Positions 13,801 through 27,499 of a DNA stretch of 64,000 nt are shown in pieces. Each line of letters begins with the position of its first letter. Position 1 is the stretch's first letter. Location: NCBI GenBank assembly GCA_050084985.1, contig JBITNC010000001.1, positions 205,654,001 through 205,718,000 of the forward strand, given 5' to 3'. This stretch comes from Nageia nagi (lineage: Eukaryota > Plantae > Pinophyta). A program made the translations under genes and the position numbers. The notes under the pieces were generated by a model. The model had not been told where the DNA came from. It searched no databases and was given only the letters and a program-made list of their open reading frames with translations.

Positions 13801-14420
13801 TATAGAAGGCTAGATATTTGCTATGCCATTATCTATCTTTCAAGATTTATGCATGAACCAAAGAAGGCCCATTAGACTATGATAAAGCATGTTTTGAGGT
13901 ACATTTATGGAATTGATAATTATGGCTTAGAGTATAGGAATAAAGATAAGTTCATCTTTACTAAATACATGAATGCAAATTATGGAGGATCCTTGGATGA
14001 TAGAAGATCGACAATAGGATGTGTTCTTCCTTGGATATGGATCGATTTTGTGGCATAGCAAGAAGTAAAGAATCACATCTAATTCTACCATAGAGTAATA
14101 ATAATATGCTATAGGAGATGCTATTTGTGAACTAGTATGGTTACATCATATTTTGATAGACATTGGAATTCCATAGAAATAATCCATAGTTCCACATTAT
14201 GAAAATTAAGGTGTATTAAAACTACTTTAAAATTATTATTTTCATGAGCACAACAAACACATTGAGATATAGGTGCATTTCATTTGGGATCATATTTCAC
14301 TACATAACATTAAGCTCCAATACATTTTCATGAAAGAGAAAATTGCATATATCTTTAGTAAATATCTTGATAGTGGAAAGTTTGAATACTTTTGGAGCTT
14401 CTTCTCATGTCCATTAAAGC
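10841..14420 (+). pseudogene. pol: Copia gag-pol remnant
   Basis: Gag ELGEEVDNKLL..RALLEKYHTFV; knuckle ICGKKGYELQNC; protease WYVDSTTSKNM (about 11500); integrase FVDD, YTPQQNG, MTPEEAWSG; RT KWAFK, HQMDVKSAFLNG; RH KHIEI*VHFI. Confidence 0.92.
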
Positions 14421-14439
14421 CCTAATATATTATGGGGGT

Positions 14440-14652
14440 AATTAGAATAAATAATACATTAGTTCATTAGGTATATAAATAATGTAAAGTAAATAATACA
14501 CTAAGTATTATTTAATATTATTTATCCCACTTAAATATTTAGGGTTTATTGGAGATGGTTTGTTATTGTACAGGAATGTAACTCTTGACTACTATATGTA
14601 TTTATTTTCACTCGGGTCAATACAATGTGTCAATTCTAGATTCTCTCAAATA
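14440..14652 (+). repeat. Copia 3' LTR
   Basis: Follows the G-rich PPT and repeats 9375-9588. Confidence 0.92.
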
Positions 14653-14838
14653 TCTTAGTTACAACACTCAAGGACATTTATTGAGACAACCAAGTCAAAA
14701 AGGGGAAACAAGGGACCCTCATCATCATCTAATGAAAGTGTTGGATAAAGAGTTTTAAATTCTCAAACATTTATTCTATATTTCTTATTTATATATGTAA
14801 TTTCATATCTTCAAACACATCTCCAAAGAGGAGCAAAA

Positions 14839-15444
14839 TTGAGATACCTAAAAATGAATTTCCTTGTATTAAATAATTTATTTAATATTTATTGTAAAAA
14901 AGGGTAAAATATACCCAAGGAAATGTAATCAATGTAATGGAACATTATATGATGAAAAAAGTGTCAAATATCAAGAAAGGCACCACAAACAATGTAATAT
15001 GCAATGATCCCAAGAATCAAAGAGGATCAAAATGTTTCTTTAAAATAATATCAAAGGTAACACAATCAATATTGATAGATATCAAAAGAATAAGACCAAG
15101 ACATATATTATCATTATATCTAACCAACAATTGTGTTTCGTAACACCACCTCTACATAGATATGTTAAACCCTTCAACATTCTTTGCACATATTTATTTC
15201 TGTTCATAGATATACATCTTTCACATAGCTAATGATGTGCTCTTAGGCCATTGGTGGTGTTCTTCCATTATGGTATTTTATGTTGATTGATGTATGATTT
15301 ATATTATTTTGTGATGATGCATATCTAACAAAGGTACATTATTTATCATATTCTTTTAATGCCATATTTTGATATATGTTTCAATATTACATTGTAGATG
15401 AATAGTGATTTATTTTATCACTTGTGCATTATTTTTGGTCTATA
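14839..15444 (+). repeat. 3' LTR of element A
   Basis: Follows the PPT, repeats 5210-5828 with a small deletion, and ends ggtctata. Confidence 0.92.
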
Positions 15445-17645
15445 AAAACTTTGATTTTAACTAACCCACAAACATTATAAGTCCATGATAATATTTCTTT
15501 TTTGAATACTATTCTCCTTATATGATTTTTGAGTCATCTTTATTGAGTATTTTATTCAACCTTTTATCATTTCAAAAGTGAATTCTCTTATTCTTCTCAT
15601 CTTGAATTGATCAGGTCACCATTCTATTTACTTGAAATAAATCAAATATATTTAGCTAGTATATGCATTAATGTTGCCAAACTTATATTTGAATGAATAT
15701 GAATGTATTTATCATAGTCATGCTGGAGGCTAATCGCTTATGAAGACTATGTGAAATCATCTCATTGAGCATGCCACAAATTAACTATTGATTCAAAAAA
15801 TGTAATCCAACTCTTTATATTGTGAAAGAGTTATGGTAGTATTAGATTCATCCTCATAATAAACCAACCATCCTTGGATGAATCAATTTTTAGTTGATTC
15901 AACCTCTAGTTTTATTTATCTAGGATGATGCCTAGCGATCCATTTTAAACCAATATTAGGAACCATAATTCATAGAAAAAATTATGATCCACTTGAACAA
16001 AACTCTAGGATTCTAATAATATCAAGGATAAAGATTCTCCACAAAATTGATCCACTCATAGGTATCTCTTATTTTTGAAACTCAAAACCTTGAAGATCAG
16101 TTAATTTTCTTTATATGCATGTTGTAGATAGAGAGATGAATAAGATATTGAGCTTTTGATGGTCCAACTTTATACAAGCCAACCCTATCTTAGATATTTA
16201 ACCAATTAGATCTCATCATTTACATATAAAAGAATATAATCCATGCAAGATTTTATCTCTCATTGATAAAATGATGCTACCCATTTGTTGTATCTCTTAG
16301 AATTTAGAATCATGAGGTTTACTTCCCATAGATAGAGATGTAAACCCTTTAAAAGACATATCATAGATAGAAGAGACAGTTTGATTCCAAATTCCTTATT
16401 CTAATTTTATTAAAATGGTGTCCTATCTATCATGAAAGGTGTAAAATAAAAGAAAAAAAAGATAAAGATATCGAAAGAGATAAAAAGTTTCAAAGTGTAG
16501 GAAAGAAAGATAAATGATATAGCACAAGGCCAACTCAAGCTTCCAACAATTCTGCTAAAACCTAGAGGAAGGACCCCTTGCTTATAGTAATTCCTATAAT
16601 GTAAAATCTATCATTCAAATGTAAGAGAGTATAAGAAATAGTCAAATATATTTCATTCATCATGCCATAGAGAATAAAAATATATATAATAATGTAACCA
16701 TTTAATACATCCAAAGAATAGATGAAGAAATAAATATACATATGCCACCATACTTAGTTTGGGTTGGAGTAATAGATATTTTATTACTTAGATGCAAATA
16801 GTACAAGATCAAACCTCCTATTTTACATCAATTTGAGCCATATATATAGCTTTAGATTCAAAAATATCTACCCATAATAATAATAATATAAATAAAATCT
16901 ATAAACTACAGCCTATACTCAACTAACTATGATCTAACATAATTATGAAATCTATAACATATCTAGGTTACAACTTGAATCTACATAGCTATAAATTATT
17001 ATATTTATGCTACAAGATAATTGTATTTTATATTTATCACCCTAATGTGATTGGGAAATCTTATTCTCACAAGACCAAAGAAATGCTAAAAGCTTTTCTT
17101 AAGGTTATTACAATATTTATACAATCTTGTCAGACTTAGATGATATAACTGAGACTACCATTATTTAGAAAAATAGGAGATGATCATTGTGATTAGTTGA
17201 TATTTTTGAACATGGTAAGGCTCTAAAAAAATGAGTCATGGTTGATTCCATTAGGTTCTAGGAAAGTAAGAGGTGTATTGGTTGATCATACCACTTTCCT
17301 TGGAGATGCCTTGGTAATAGTCTGGTCATAGTCTATGAGAATGCACAAAAGGTGAAGATCATTAGGATTTAATAACATTGTATAATTGCAAATTTACCAA
17401 GTTTTGGAAAAGTTATTATACTTTGAATTTCACTATACTTTAGGAAATACTTTGGAGAAGAGTACTACTAGGCTCTGGAAAGATGATTTACACATGCAAC
17501 ACCATTAGCTCTAGGAAATTCTCTTTTTATCTAGCTACTACCATTTTGAATACCTCTAAAATATTTCAAACTTGTTAAAGCATAAGAAAATCAAGAAATA
17601 ATATCCCTACTTAATGTAAGTTTCAATATCTATAACACCTACCAT
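15445..17645 (+). pseudogene. Unknown large ORF 'X', copy 2, remainder
   Basis: From 15784 it aligns collinearly with 1630-3490 (IHPHNKPTILG, FQIPYSNFIK, KPRGRTPC, WEILFSQDQRNAKSFS). It is cut off by gypsy sequence at about 17645. Confidence 0.55.
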
Positions 17646-17849
17646 TGTAAGAGTAGCTTACATTAAGAAAATATTACCCAATAAAATATTAGTAATTCTA
17701 CATCCTTTGTCAACAATTAAAACTATTGCTAAAATTAGTAAGCAAATTGACCTTTATGAACTTGATGAAAAATTAAAGGCCATAATATATGAATTTGGTG
17801 AGAGAAATAGAAGTTATTATGGAAAAACAAACCAAACCTATGTATGATT

Positions 17850-20625
17850 AAGAAATAAAAATAAGAATATTGAATATTGGTATGAAATTTGAACCTAAAA
17901 TGGCCATAATAGAAGACTATTGGATCAAAGCATAAGAGAATAAAATATTTAATATCTTAAAAATACCCTAACCTATCCCCTTGAAATATGATGTAATTGA
18001 GAGGGATGAATGAAGAAATCAAGACCATATAGATACAACTAAAACTTAACTATTAACTATGAAAATAAAGACCATATAGACTCAACTCGAACTATAAAAC
18101 TCAAGTAAAGGAGGTGTTAGAAAAATGATTTAAGTAGGAATCATTTCACTAGTTGATAATATTGATTAGATTATCCCAATGGTAATTCAATATAAAAATA
18201 TCTATAAATTATGATTTGCATTGATTTTAGAGAACTTAATAAAGAATGCAAACATGACCCATTCTTGACACCATTCATAGAAGAGACATTAGAAAATGTA
18301 GTAAAAAATAAAGTATACTCATTTATAGATATATTTTGTAGGTATAATAAGGTTCATATCACCAAATAGGATTAATCAAAAATCACTTTACAACTAAATG
18401 GGGATTATTCATGTATAATATCATGCCATTTGGACTTAAGAATGCACTAGCAGTATTCTCACAAATTATAATTCAATCATTTAATGATTTTATTCATAAT
18501 TTACTATAAGATTACACTAATGAATGGAATGTAAATTACATGATGAAGAACCACATTTAGGTATTATGACTTATGTTTGAAAGATGCAAACAACCTCAAA
18601 TATCATTCAATTTTAAAAAAGTGCTTATTCACTATACCATATGGAGTATTATTGGATCATCTGCTTCGCAAAGAGGGATTAATGGTATATATTACAAAAA
18701 TCATAGTTATTTTAGATATAATACCACCTATAACCATTAAAGAAATAAAAATATTTCTTGGATCAATGAGATACTATAGGAAGTTTCTAAAAAACTATGC
18801 AAACTTAGTTGGCCCTATTGATGACTTAACAAAAAAATAAACCTTTCTACTGGTCCCAACAATGTTAAATTTTTTTCACCTACTAAAATAGAAACTATAA
18901 AAAGCTTTAATATTAATATTTTTGGATTAGTCAAAATAATTTTATGTATAGGTATATGCTAGCATCTAAATGATCAACACAATACTCCCTCATCCTAGCA
19001 AATAAAATATCGATCACTCTATTTATTTTGCTAGCCTAAAAATGGTGGACATAGAAAAAACTACATTGTAACATAAAAAAAATATTAGCCATGGTATATT
19101 CTCCTCAAAAATTTTGATATTATTTACTATCATCAACATTTATTTTCTTCATAGACTATGAAGCCCTACATAATCTTTTAAATGAGCCAATCATTCAAGG
19201 ATGAATTTATCAATGGATACTATTATTCTAAGAATCACAGTTTAAAGTTATTATCAAACTAGGAAATTTAAACTTAGCCCCCAACATGCTATCAAGAATC
19301 TATAATGGAGAAAATTCAAAAATTGATGGTGATATACTAGGCATATACCTATTCAGAATCAAAGTAGTACCTGATGGTTTGGAATAAATAATAGCCTTTC
19401 TATCTTTAGGCCAATTTTAAGAAGGATTATCAACCAAAGAGCAATGAAAAACTACTTATCAAAGATGTGTCATATGATCTTATATAAAGAGAGATATATA
19501 AAATTTATATGGATGAGGTAATTCATCATGTGAAACTTTCCCATGAATGTGAAGATATAATAATAGAAGCACATGAAATACTCATTAGTGGACATTTTGA
19601 TAGGTACCTCACCAATTAGAAAGTTCTAAAATCTATACTATGGTTGCCCATACTACATCATAATGCACATATTTAAGGTAAAAGCTACAATATCTACTAA
19701 ATAATAAGTTGACCATCATCCCTATATGAGTTACCCCTTCAACCAATCCTTACTTTACTTCCATTTGATAAGTGGGAGATCAAAATTTTCAATGTAATTT
19801 CCCTCCAAAATGTAAATCTTAGGTAAGGTATATTATCATTGAATTCAAATTCCTTACTTAATGGGTAGAAGAGATGGTAGTCGAGGATTGTACAACTCAA
19901 ACTATCATAAAATTCATCTATGAGAACATAATGAAAAGGTTTAGATTCCTTAAAGAGATTGTAAGTGATCAAGGGAAACACATTATCAATCATACCATTA
20001 AATAATTACTCACCAAATTTATGATTCAACATGATCAAAGTTCATCATACCACCCACAATACAATGGCACAATTGAAGTCATCAATAAAATACTTGAAAG
20101 AACTTTAACAAAAAGAGTTTTCATAGGAAAATTAGACTAGGAAGAAAAGCTACTAGCAATAATATGGGTATATAGAATAAATTATAAATGATTAAATAAA
20201 AAGGCACCCTTTGATTTAATATACAGGTTCAAATCCATGGCACCTATTGAATTTCAAGTCCCATCATTTTGAATTGCTATGGTAACACATCTTAATGATC
20301 ATTAATTATTATAGGAACGACTATTTACCCTTAATCAATTAGATGAAAAATGATGGCTTATGCTATACAACAAAATTCAAAAAAAAAAAATAGATAAAAA
20401 ATATGGCATGATAGATACATCAAAAATTGATGATTTGAAGTAGGGGATGAATTCCTCTTATATGATAGTAGATATAAATATCAACTAGGAAAGTAAAAAA
20501 ATTTATGGCTAGGCCCATATAATACTAAGTATAAAAGGAAAAGGAATGATGCAATTAAAAATATTGTACAACCAAATTTAGGAAGGATTCATAAATGGCC
20601 ATAGATTGAAGAAATTCATTCCCTA
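17850..20625 (+). pseudogene. pol: Ty3/gypsy pol remnant (RT-RH-INT), non-chromoviral, Athila-like, 5'-truncated
   Basis: ICIDFRELNKECKHDPFLTPF, IMPFGLKNAL, FLGSMRYYRKFLKNYA, IYFAS, YHPQYNGTIE and WLGPY. No aRH between RH and INT. No gag or LTR was found. Confidence 0.88.
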
Positions 20626-20699
20626 TAAAGAATAAGGATCAACATAATAATCACATTATGATATCAAAAAGTTATATTATAGTTTTAGTAGTAGGTATA

Positions 20700-23600
20700 G
20701 GAAAAATTATCACAAATAATTGAGATACATTTAAACTATAGTATTTGATATAATATTTTGGTACATTATAGTTACTATAAATGCTAATATATTAAGTTGG
20801 GGTGATCTATTTATAATAAAAATTCCCAATCATATAATGAAAAACATAGATGAAAAGTTTCTATCTATATTCATAAGCCAAAAATACCATATCCATAATA
20901 ACTACTCAATTAGGCATCCTATCTTTGGTACTGATATTGAGAACCATGATATCTAAGTGGAAAATTCTAAATGGAATTAAAATATACTCTTTATGAAAGC
21001 AATAAAAATGTGATAACCACCTTCTCTATATCTTCCACCTTTCAGGTCAATAGTGTTTATTTTACCGTCATCTGAAGTATCTCCTCCAACTCACATCACT
21101 TACTCCATCACCTCCACTCAATTGTTCCACTACTACATCCACATCCATAATTTAGATCACACTAAACTCATATAAAAATTAAAATGTTAAATCTTATATG
21201 AGGAATTAAACAAACTTGATACCAATTTATATACAAAACTATAGAAACATTATTAATTATGACATCATCACCTATAGTAAATTTATACCACCCCACTAAT
21301 ATTCACTTGAGATAGAAATAATTATAGATTAAATCAAATAATTCATGGTACTTCAAAAAAGTAACCATAAATAATGTAATATGTTTTTCAAATACTAAGA
21401 TATTTTGAGCAAGCAAGGTATACTTTCCCACACATATTAATTAAAATTGATTAACTTTGGATCAATCACCAAGAAGTATACATAATTAAATTTAATGTAC
21501 TTGATACCACCCATAGAAAGAAAGTAATAATTTTTACTAGTCATAGAATACTATGGAACACCACCTAGATTCACATGAAAAACCACTTACCCAAATAATA
21601 TTATGAATTTCATTATACTAAAATAAATAACCAAAAATATAACAAGGAGATATCAAGAAGGCAATAGAGGTGGAGCTATCACTTAGCAAGGAAAAAAATA
21701 ATGATACCAAAAGAGAAGGATCCCCCTCCAATAAAAGGATTCATGGAAGAATCACTTAGGTATAACTTTATATGATTATAAAAAGGAGTGTAGGGTATCA
21801 AAGAATCCATGAACTATATTCAAATTATCAAGCTCATTGATATAGATATATCCAATGTAGACATATATATGAGGGATTTCTCACAAGATGAAAGGTTGTG
21901 AGGTATTAATGGTATAACTTTATGTTAAGTTTTTAACCTCCTTTGCCTATTTTGTAGTATTTATATGTTGGATGCTAAGTTTCTTAGACACCTTGATGAA
22001 AGGTTGTGAGGTATTAATGGTAAACTTTTCTATTATCCTAAATACTTCCTCCTCTTTCTTTCCATTATCTTTTTAATTTGTAATTGATTGCTCAAATAGC
22101 AATCATTGTAAGAAATACATTATAGCTAGAGTTAAAAAGCACATCAAATCCATAAATAAGCATCAAGATGATGAGAATGGGTTATCAAATCAACCACTTA
22201 ACATAAGTAAAGTTTAAGCCCAAGTAATCTCTTCATCATCACACTAAAATAATATATGAAAAAGGGGACAACCCAAATCATCAATTGATTCATTGAATGA
22301 TATTGCATTGTAAAGGAAATAGAGGATTCTTAAAAAAAAATAGTAGAAGGGATGTGTTACTAACACAACACACCAAACTTCAAAGGTATAACCCAAATTT
22401 ACCTCCATTAGCAAAAAAAGAACAAACCTCCATGGTAACCTCTCCACTAATCTTAGAGGTACCACCACCCCCACCACCCAGCATGACATCAATAGCAACA
22501 ACTATGATCCCTTTGCTATTATTAATCTAAGTAAGTATTAACCCTTCCATTCCCATTTTTGTTAGATAAATATCATCAATATTTTCTTTAGCTAGCACTA
22601 CTAATTGAACCATAATATCAAAAACCTAAGATGATAAATCATCAAGTAGTCAATAACCACTTAGATAATATTCCAAGGAAGGGACTAACAACCACTATTG
22701 GATCCAACCTTCCCTAGAATATTATTATAAATCTATTTAAAAATTCATTCATCCAAAGAATATTCCAATTTTTGATACCCACCTAGTAGGAACCTTAACA
22801 ACCACCATTGGATCCAACCTTCCCTAGAATATTACTATACATCTATTTACAAATTCATTCCTCCAAAGAAGCTTCTAGTTTTTGATACCCACCTAGTAGG
22901 AACTTGATGCTACACCATAGAAAATATCAATCACTTATCCTTATTATACCACTTCTTAATGTAAAATGTACTCAACTATAATATTGATAAATTTCACCAA
23001 ACTTAGGAATTCCAACACTAGGACCTCACAAAAATGGTCTAATTGAGGGTTCATTTTAAGAGCCCCTTCATGGAACTCCCTTAAAAAATAATTGGTAAAT
23101 ATCGATAATTTTTTTAAACATTAATAATTTTATAAATTTTTAGAAAATAATGGTTATTTTTAGAATTTATATTAAAATATTGGTAATTTGACAAAATTAG
23201 AAAATTTTTAAGTATACCTTTTTATAACTCCCAAAAATAGCCATTTCCAATGTTAAGGATCCTTAAAATTTACTTATTAATGAATATTCATGGCTAAAAT
23301 GAACCTTGGTCAAGTCACTTATTCACTAACTTGAACATCATGTTTCATATCCTTCTATCCCACCAACAAAATTGATCAAATAAATAACCCAACTTGTATC
23401 AACCTTGATAGCCAAAATAACCCAACTAATTGATAATACAAATCTCTCAACCATTATACAAGAGAAAGTTACATCCTTTAAAATCTAGCCCAATATCACT
23501 CCTCAAAAATTTGAAGCCACCAACAAATAATTGAATAAATTAAAAGGCAAATCTAAATAAAGGAGGAGAAATTGATGATAGCCTTCAAGGAGGAGAACAC

Positions 23601-26400
23601 ATATTACAAGGTCGAAATTGACCAACTTAAGGAGTATCAACTGACCAAAGGGTACCAAGAGAGATTAATTATCTCCAAGTACAATATAAGAAGGAACTAA
23701 ATAAAATACAACCCCTCCATATGAAGTAATTCACCACATAAAAATAATAGTGGGAAAATGATACTAATCAATTGATAGCCAAATAGCGAGGAGTGGAATA
23801 AAAACTTTAGGAAGTCCAACAACAACATGAACAAGACTTGGGATAATGCCAACAAATCTAGGAGGAAATTAATTGATTGAAAAAGGAGATGGAACAACTA
23901 CCAAAGATGAGAGCAAAAATGGATCAAATGAGCATGGAGTGAACTTTGTTATAATCATAATTAGATTAACTCTACAACTAAAAAGAGGAGTTCACACAGA
24001 ATAAAGAAGCCCTTCAATAATATAACACTTTAATGCAATTCAATGTTAACAACTACAAAGCCATCTACATTGATATTTAAAATTCCACAAATGTATAATA
24101 CTTGGGAAAAATTGCAAACATCAATTAGTAGATTATTAAGGTTGAATCCATAATGCTATAGATAGAGAATCAATTCCTAATAGCACCTAAGATAATTCAA
24201 GAACTTACTCAAATAAATAAAAAATACTAGATTTATAGGCCCTAAGGGAGGAAATAAGTACAATAGCTCAAAATACTATTAGGGAACTAAAAAGTCAACC
24301 ATATCCAGAAAACATAATTGGCTCAAATGAAACTCACATTGAGCAAAGAAATAAAGGAAACTTAGGATATACAAGTCAAATCCCAACTTAGCAACATGTT
24401 ATAAAAAATCAATAATGACATCAAGTTTTAGCTCCTTTATTGAACAATCTATTCAACACAATCTTAGTTTGGCTTTATCAATCCCCTATCCCCCACTCTG
24501 GATGAAATGAAATAAAAACTCTAGCTATAGTTTTTTAACCATCACACCATCAATTTAGTAGGAGAGAATTGGTCTATCCCTTAGTACAAATTGAAGATAT
24601 AAACACACTAAGTAATTACTAAGTTTTGGTCGATTATGTATGGACGTATCTTGAAAATAAAAAGAAGAGATGTTGTGTCAAATTTTGGTGATATTAATGT
24701 GTGAAGAAATAAAACAAAAGTAATAATACAAGGAATAATAATATTGATAAAAATAATAAGCTTAAGTCTCTTTTCTAAAAATTGTAAAAGTTTCAATAAT
24801 TAAAAATATAACTTTGAGACTGTTAAGAAATAGAAAAATTAAAAAATAAATAGTTAAGGAAATAAATATAAAAGAAAGGAAGTGATAAGTAGATCAAATG
24901 AGGTGGATTTATTAGGAAAACATCTTATGCTAAGGAAGAAGCCACTCATCCTAGTAAAAATAGAATGACTTAGATTTTATTATGATTCTTATGATAAATT
25001 TCACTACCCCATGGAGTTATTCCCATGTGCAAAGCTTGATCTCAATAGTTTTATAATGTCTTCCTACCCCATATGAAGCTTGATTATTTAGATGACCTAT
25101 CAATTAGATGTAGATGACTAGGATATGGTTGTAAAAGAAGAGGATTTGACCATCATAGTATATGCCGATAAAATACTCTTATAATATTAATGGGAATTTA
25201 TGAAACTATGATTCACTTTTATAGGATGGCCTTACAACACCCCTAGAGTATGGTTAAAATGTGCCTCAAGATGAATAAATTGAAATACCTCTAAATATTT
25301 GGTTTAAATCCCAATTATAAAATATTTATGTAAGGATGGGTAATACAATGATTATCATACATATGGGTGGTATTCGGTTATACTAAATACTTCATAATAT
25401 AATATATCACCACTATGATAGTCTACCAATTTTGAAGAATGTAGATTCAACATCAAATAAAAGGCATATAAAGACTAAGCCAGATGTTTGAAAAGATCAT
25501 AAGGATCCTACATTCCTAGACAAGAACCACTAAGAAGGATGAGAACAATATCTATACCATTGATAAACTAAATATGAAAAGTTTACTAGATATCCTATTT
25601 GATATACAAAACATGATCACATTCAAACTATTAAAAATAAGGGATTCCTATGTCTAAACATTTGGATATCAATGTAGAGGAGCTATCTATCATAGCAATT
25701 ATTTAATAACTATTTATGGGAAAAAATAAAAAATCCACATAATAACAAAAGTCCTACTATTTTATCTAGGAAAAATACCTCAGATAATATTGGATTATGC
25801 CACCCACATTTGGTTTTAGAATTATTTTGAGTTCATATTGATCAATTTTTTAGTACAACCCCAAGAAATTGAGTGGATTATTTATTGAATTGTAAATATA
25901 AATATCATCTACCACTACAATGATTACTTTATACAAACTAATTATATGGTACCTACATTACCTAAGCAATGATGATGACATTGCGATAAAAGAAGTGTCA
26001 ATTTATTCACCCAAATTCAAAAAAGGATACAATAAAGGATTTGAATTGAATACTGATAAAATATGGTCATGATTGATGGAATAAGCTATTAAGAGATGTC
26101 TCAAGGGTAAGTATTGGATTTAAGTTGGGAAGGATGTTAGCAAGAAGGAATTCTAACTCATAAAGGAATGAAATTTGACTGAAAAAACTAACTTGATGTT
26201 TAAATACAATAAGTTTTCACCAATGGAATCCTCTTTTGAGTGAAATGACATGTCCTTAAGACCAACTCAAGCAATCTATTAAGAGATGTATCGGGAAAGA
26301 AGGGAAAGTGATGAGAGATGAGATATCAAGAGAGCATAACTAGTTGAATAGTATATATTGTAATAATATGTACTTGATATTTATATATTAATGAAGATCA
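20700..26400 (+). mobile_element. Probable long 3' region of the Athila-like element, with decayed extra ORFs
   Basis: Contiguous with the integrase end. It contains a Pro/Ser-rich frame (22297-22530), Q/E/K-rich coiled-coil-like coding (23550-24350) and further coding-like sequence (24900-26300). Confidence 0.4.
22686..22905 (+). repeat. 110-bp tandem duplication
   Basis: taacaacca..ttggatccaaccttccctagaatatta...gatacccacctagtaggaac at 22686 and 22796. Confidence 0.9.
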
Positions 26401-27241
26401 TCCCCATTTTGTGACTCAATTACTATCTCTCTTTTTATTCTCATTTTATAATATTTTTAACTCTATTTTCTCATCAACTCTTAGTGGTAGATAAGAACCC
26501 AAACTAATTGATCCATTGATTGATAATGATAATGTTTAAGCCAATGATATTTAATATGATGTATTACCAATATGATGTGATGTGTTGTATTGATTTGATT
26601 TGAGAGTGTATTGATATCTTACCCCTAAAACAATGATTTTATGGGTGAACAAAGTGAAACAAATAAAATATTTATTGACCATTGATAAATATATGATTAA
26701 TCATAATAAATATAAATGCTCAAAATTTACCATATAATAAAGATTTTGCTTAATTTGACTTGATACATGATAATTTTGTTTTGGTAATGATATGATATGA
26801 TGATGTTTGATGATGAGGGATGATAAAGATAAACAAAGAGATACAACCATATTAAATTCATCAACATTTTTTTCATAAATATTATTCCCTCAAAAATTGT
26901 TATAGTCAACAATCAATAATCAAACCCAAAGGATTGATTATGTGTTGCTCTCCTAAAAAGATTAAGAGGATCATGGGTAGTCATTATGATAATGGGTTGA
27001 ATGAACTACAAAAGATATATACCTATGATGATTTGATTTTAATATTTTATATATAAGTAACACTTAATGAAATGCTCAAAGATAATGATGATGCTCAAAG
27101 ATATATGATAGGATTCTTTTGGTGTATGCTTTTGATATTTTAATTTTTGATAATTTGATAAAATATGATAAGTGATGTAATAATGATAAGTATGATATGA
27201 AAATATTAATGCCACATGATATGATGTGAACACATATTTAA

Positions 27242-27246
<5 letters not shown>

Positions 27247-27290
<44 letters not shown>
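27247..27290. repeat. (TA)22 microsatellite
   Basis: Perfect TA run. Confidence 0.97.
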
Positions 27291-27292
<2 letters not shown>

Positions 27293-27499
27293 GATATATT
27301 ATGATGATTTTGATAAGGTGATGATAAAGTAGCTCATGATAGGCTAGGAGATGAGTGACTAGCCCTATCCATATATTTTCACTACTAAATAACATAAAAA
27401 TGAGGAGTAGGCTAGAGTTGAATCCTAAAATTTTTAGAGTATGAGATCTATGTTAATGAATATTAACAAGTGATATATGTACAAATATCATGATGTAAG

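Larger units (their letters stand above)
9375..14652 (+). mobile_element. Ty1/copia LTR retrotransposon nested in the 3' UTR of A
   Basis: LTRs 9375-9588 and 14440-14652, Met-type PBS tggtataaaagc at 9589, PPT tatgggggt at about 14431, TSD tcttg/tctta, and domain order gag-PR-INT-RT-RH. Confidence 0.95.
5210..15444 (+). mobile_element. Ty3/gypsy Tat-type LTR retrotransposon A, internally deleted, hosting a copia insertion
   Basis: Paired LTRs 5210-5828 and 14839-15444, PBS at 5832, PPT aaagaggagcaaaa at 14825-14838, decayed TSD gaaat/aaaac, and gag and integrase remnants. Confidence 0.93.

Noticed and set aside
27039-27395. 118-aa minus-strand ORF
   Set aside because: It is held open by the (TA)n microsatellite (YIYIYI) and low-complexity sequence.
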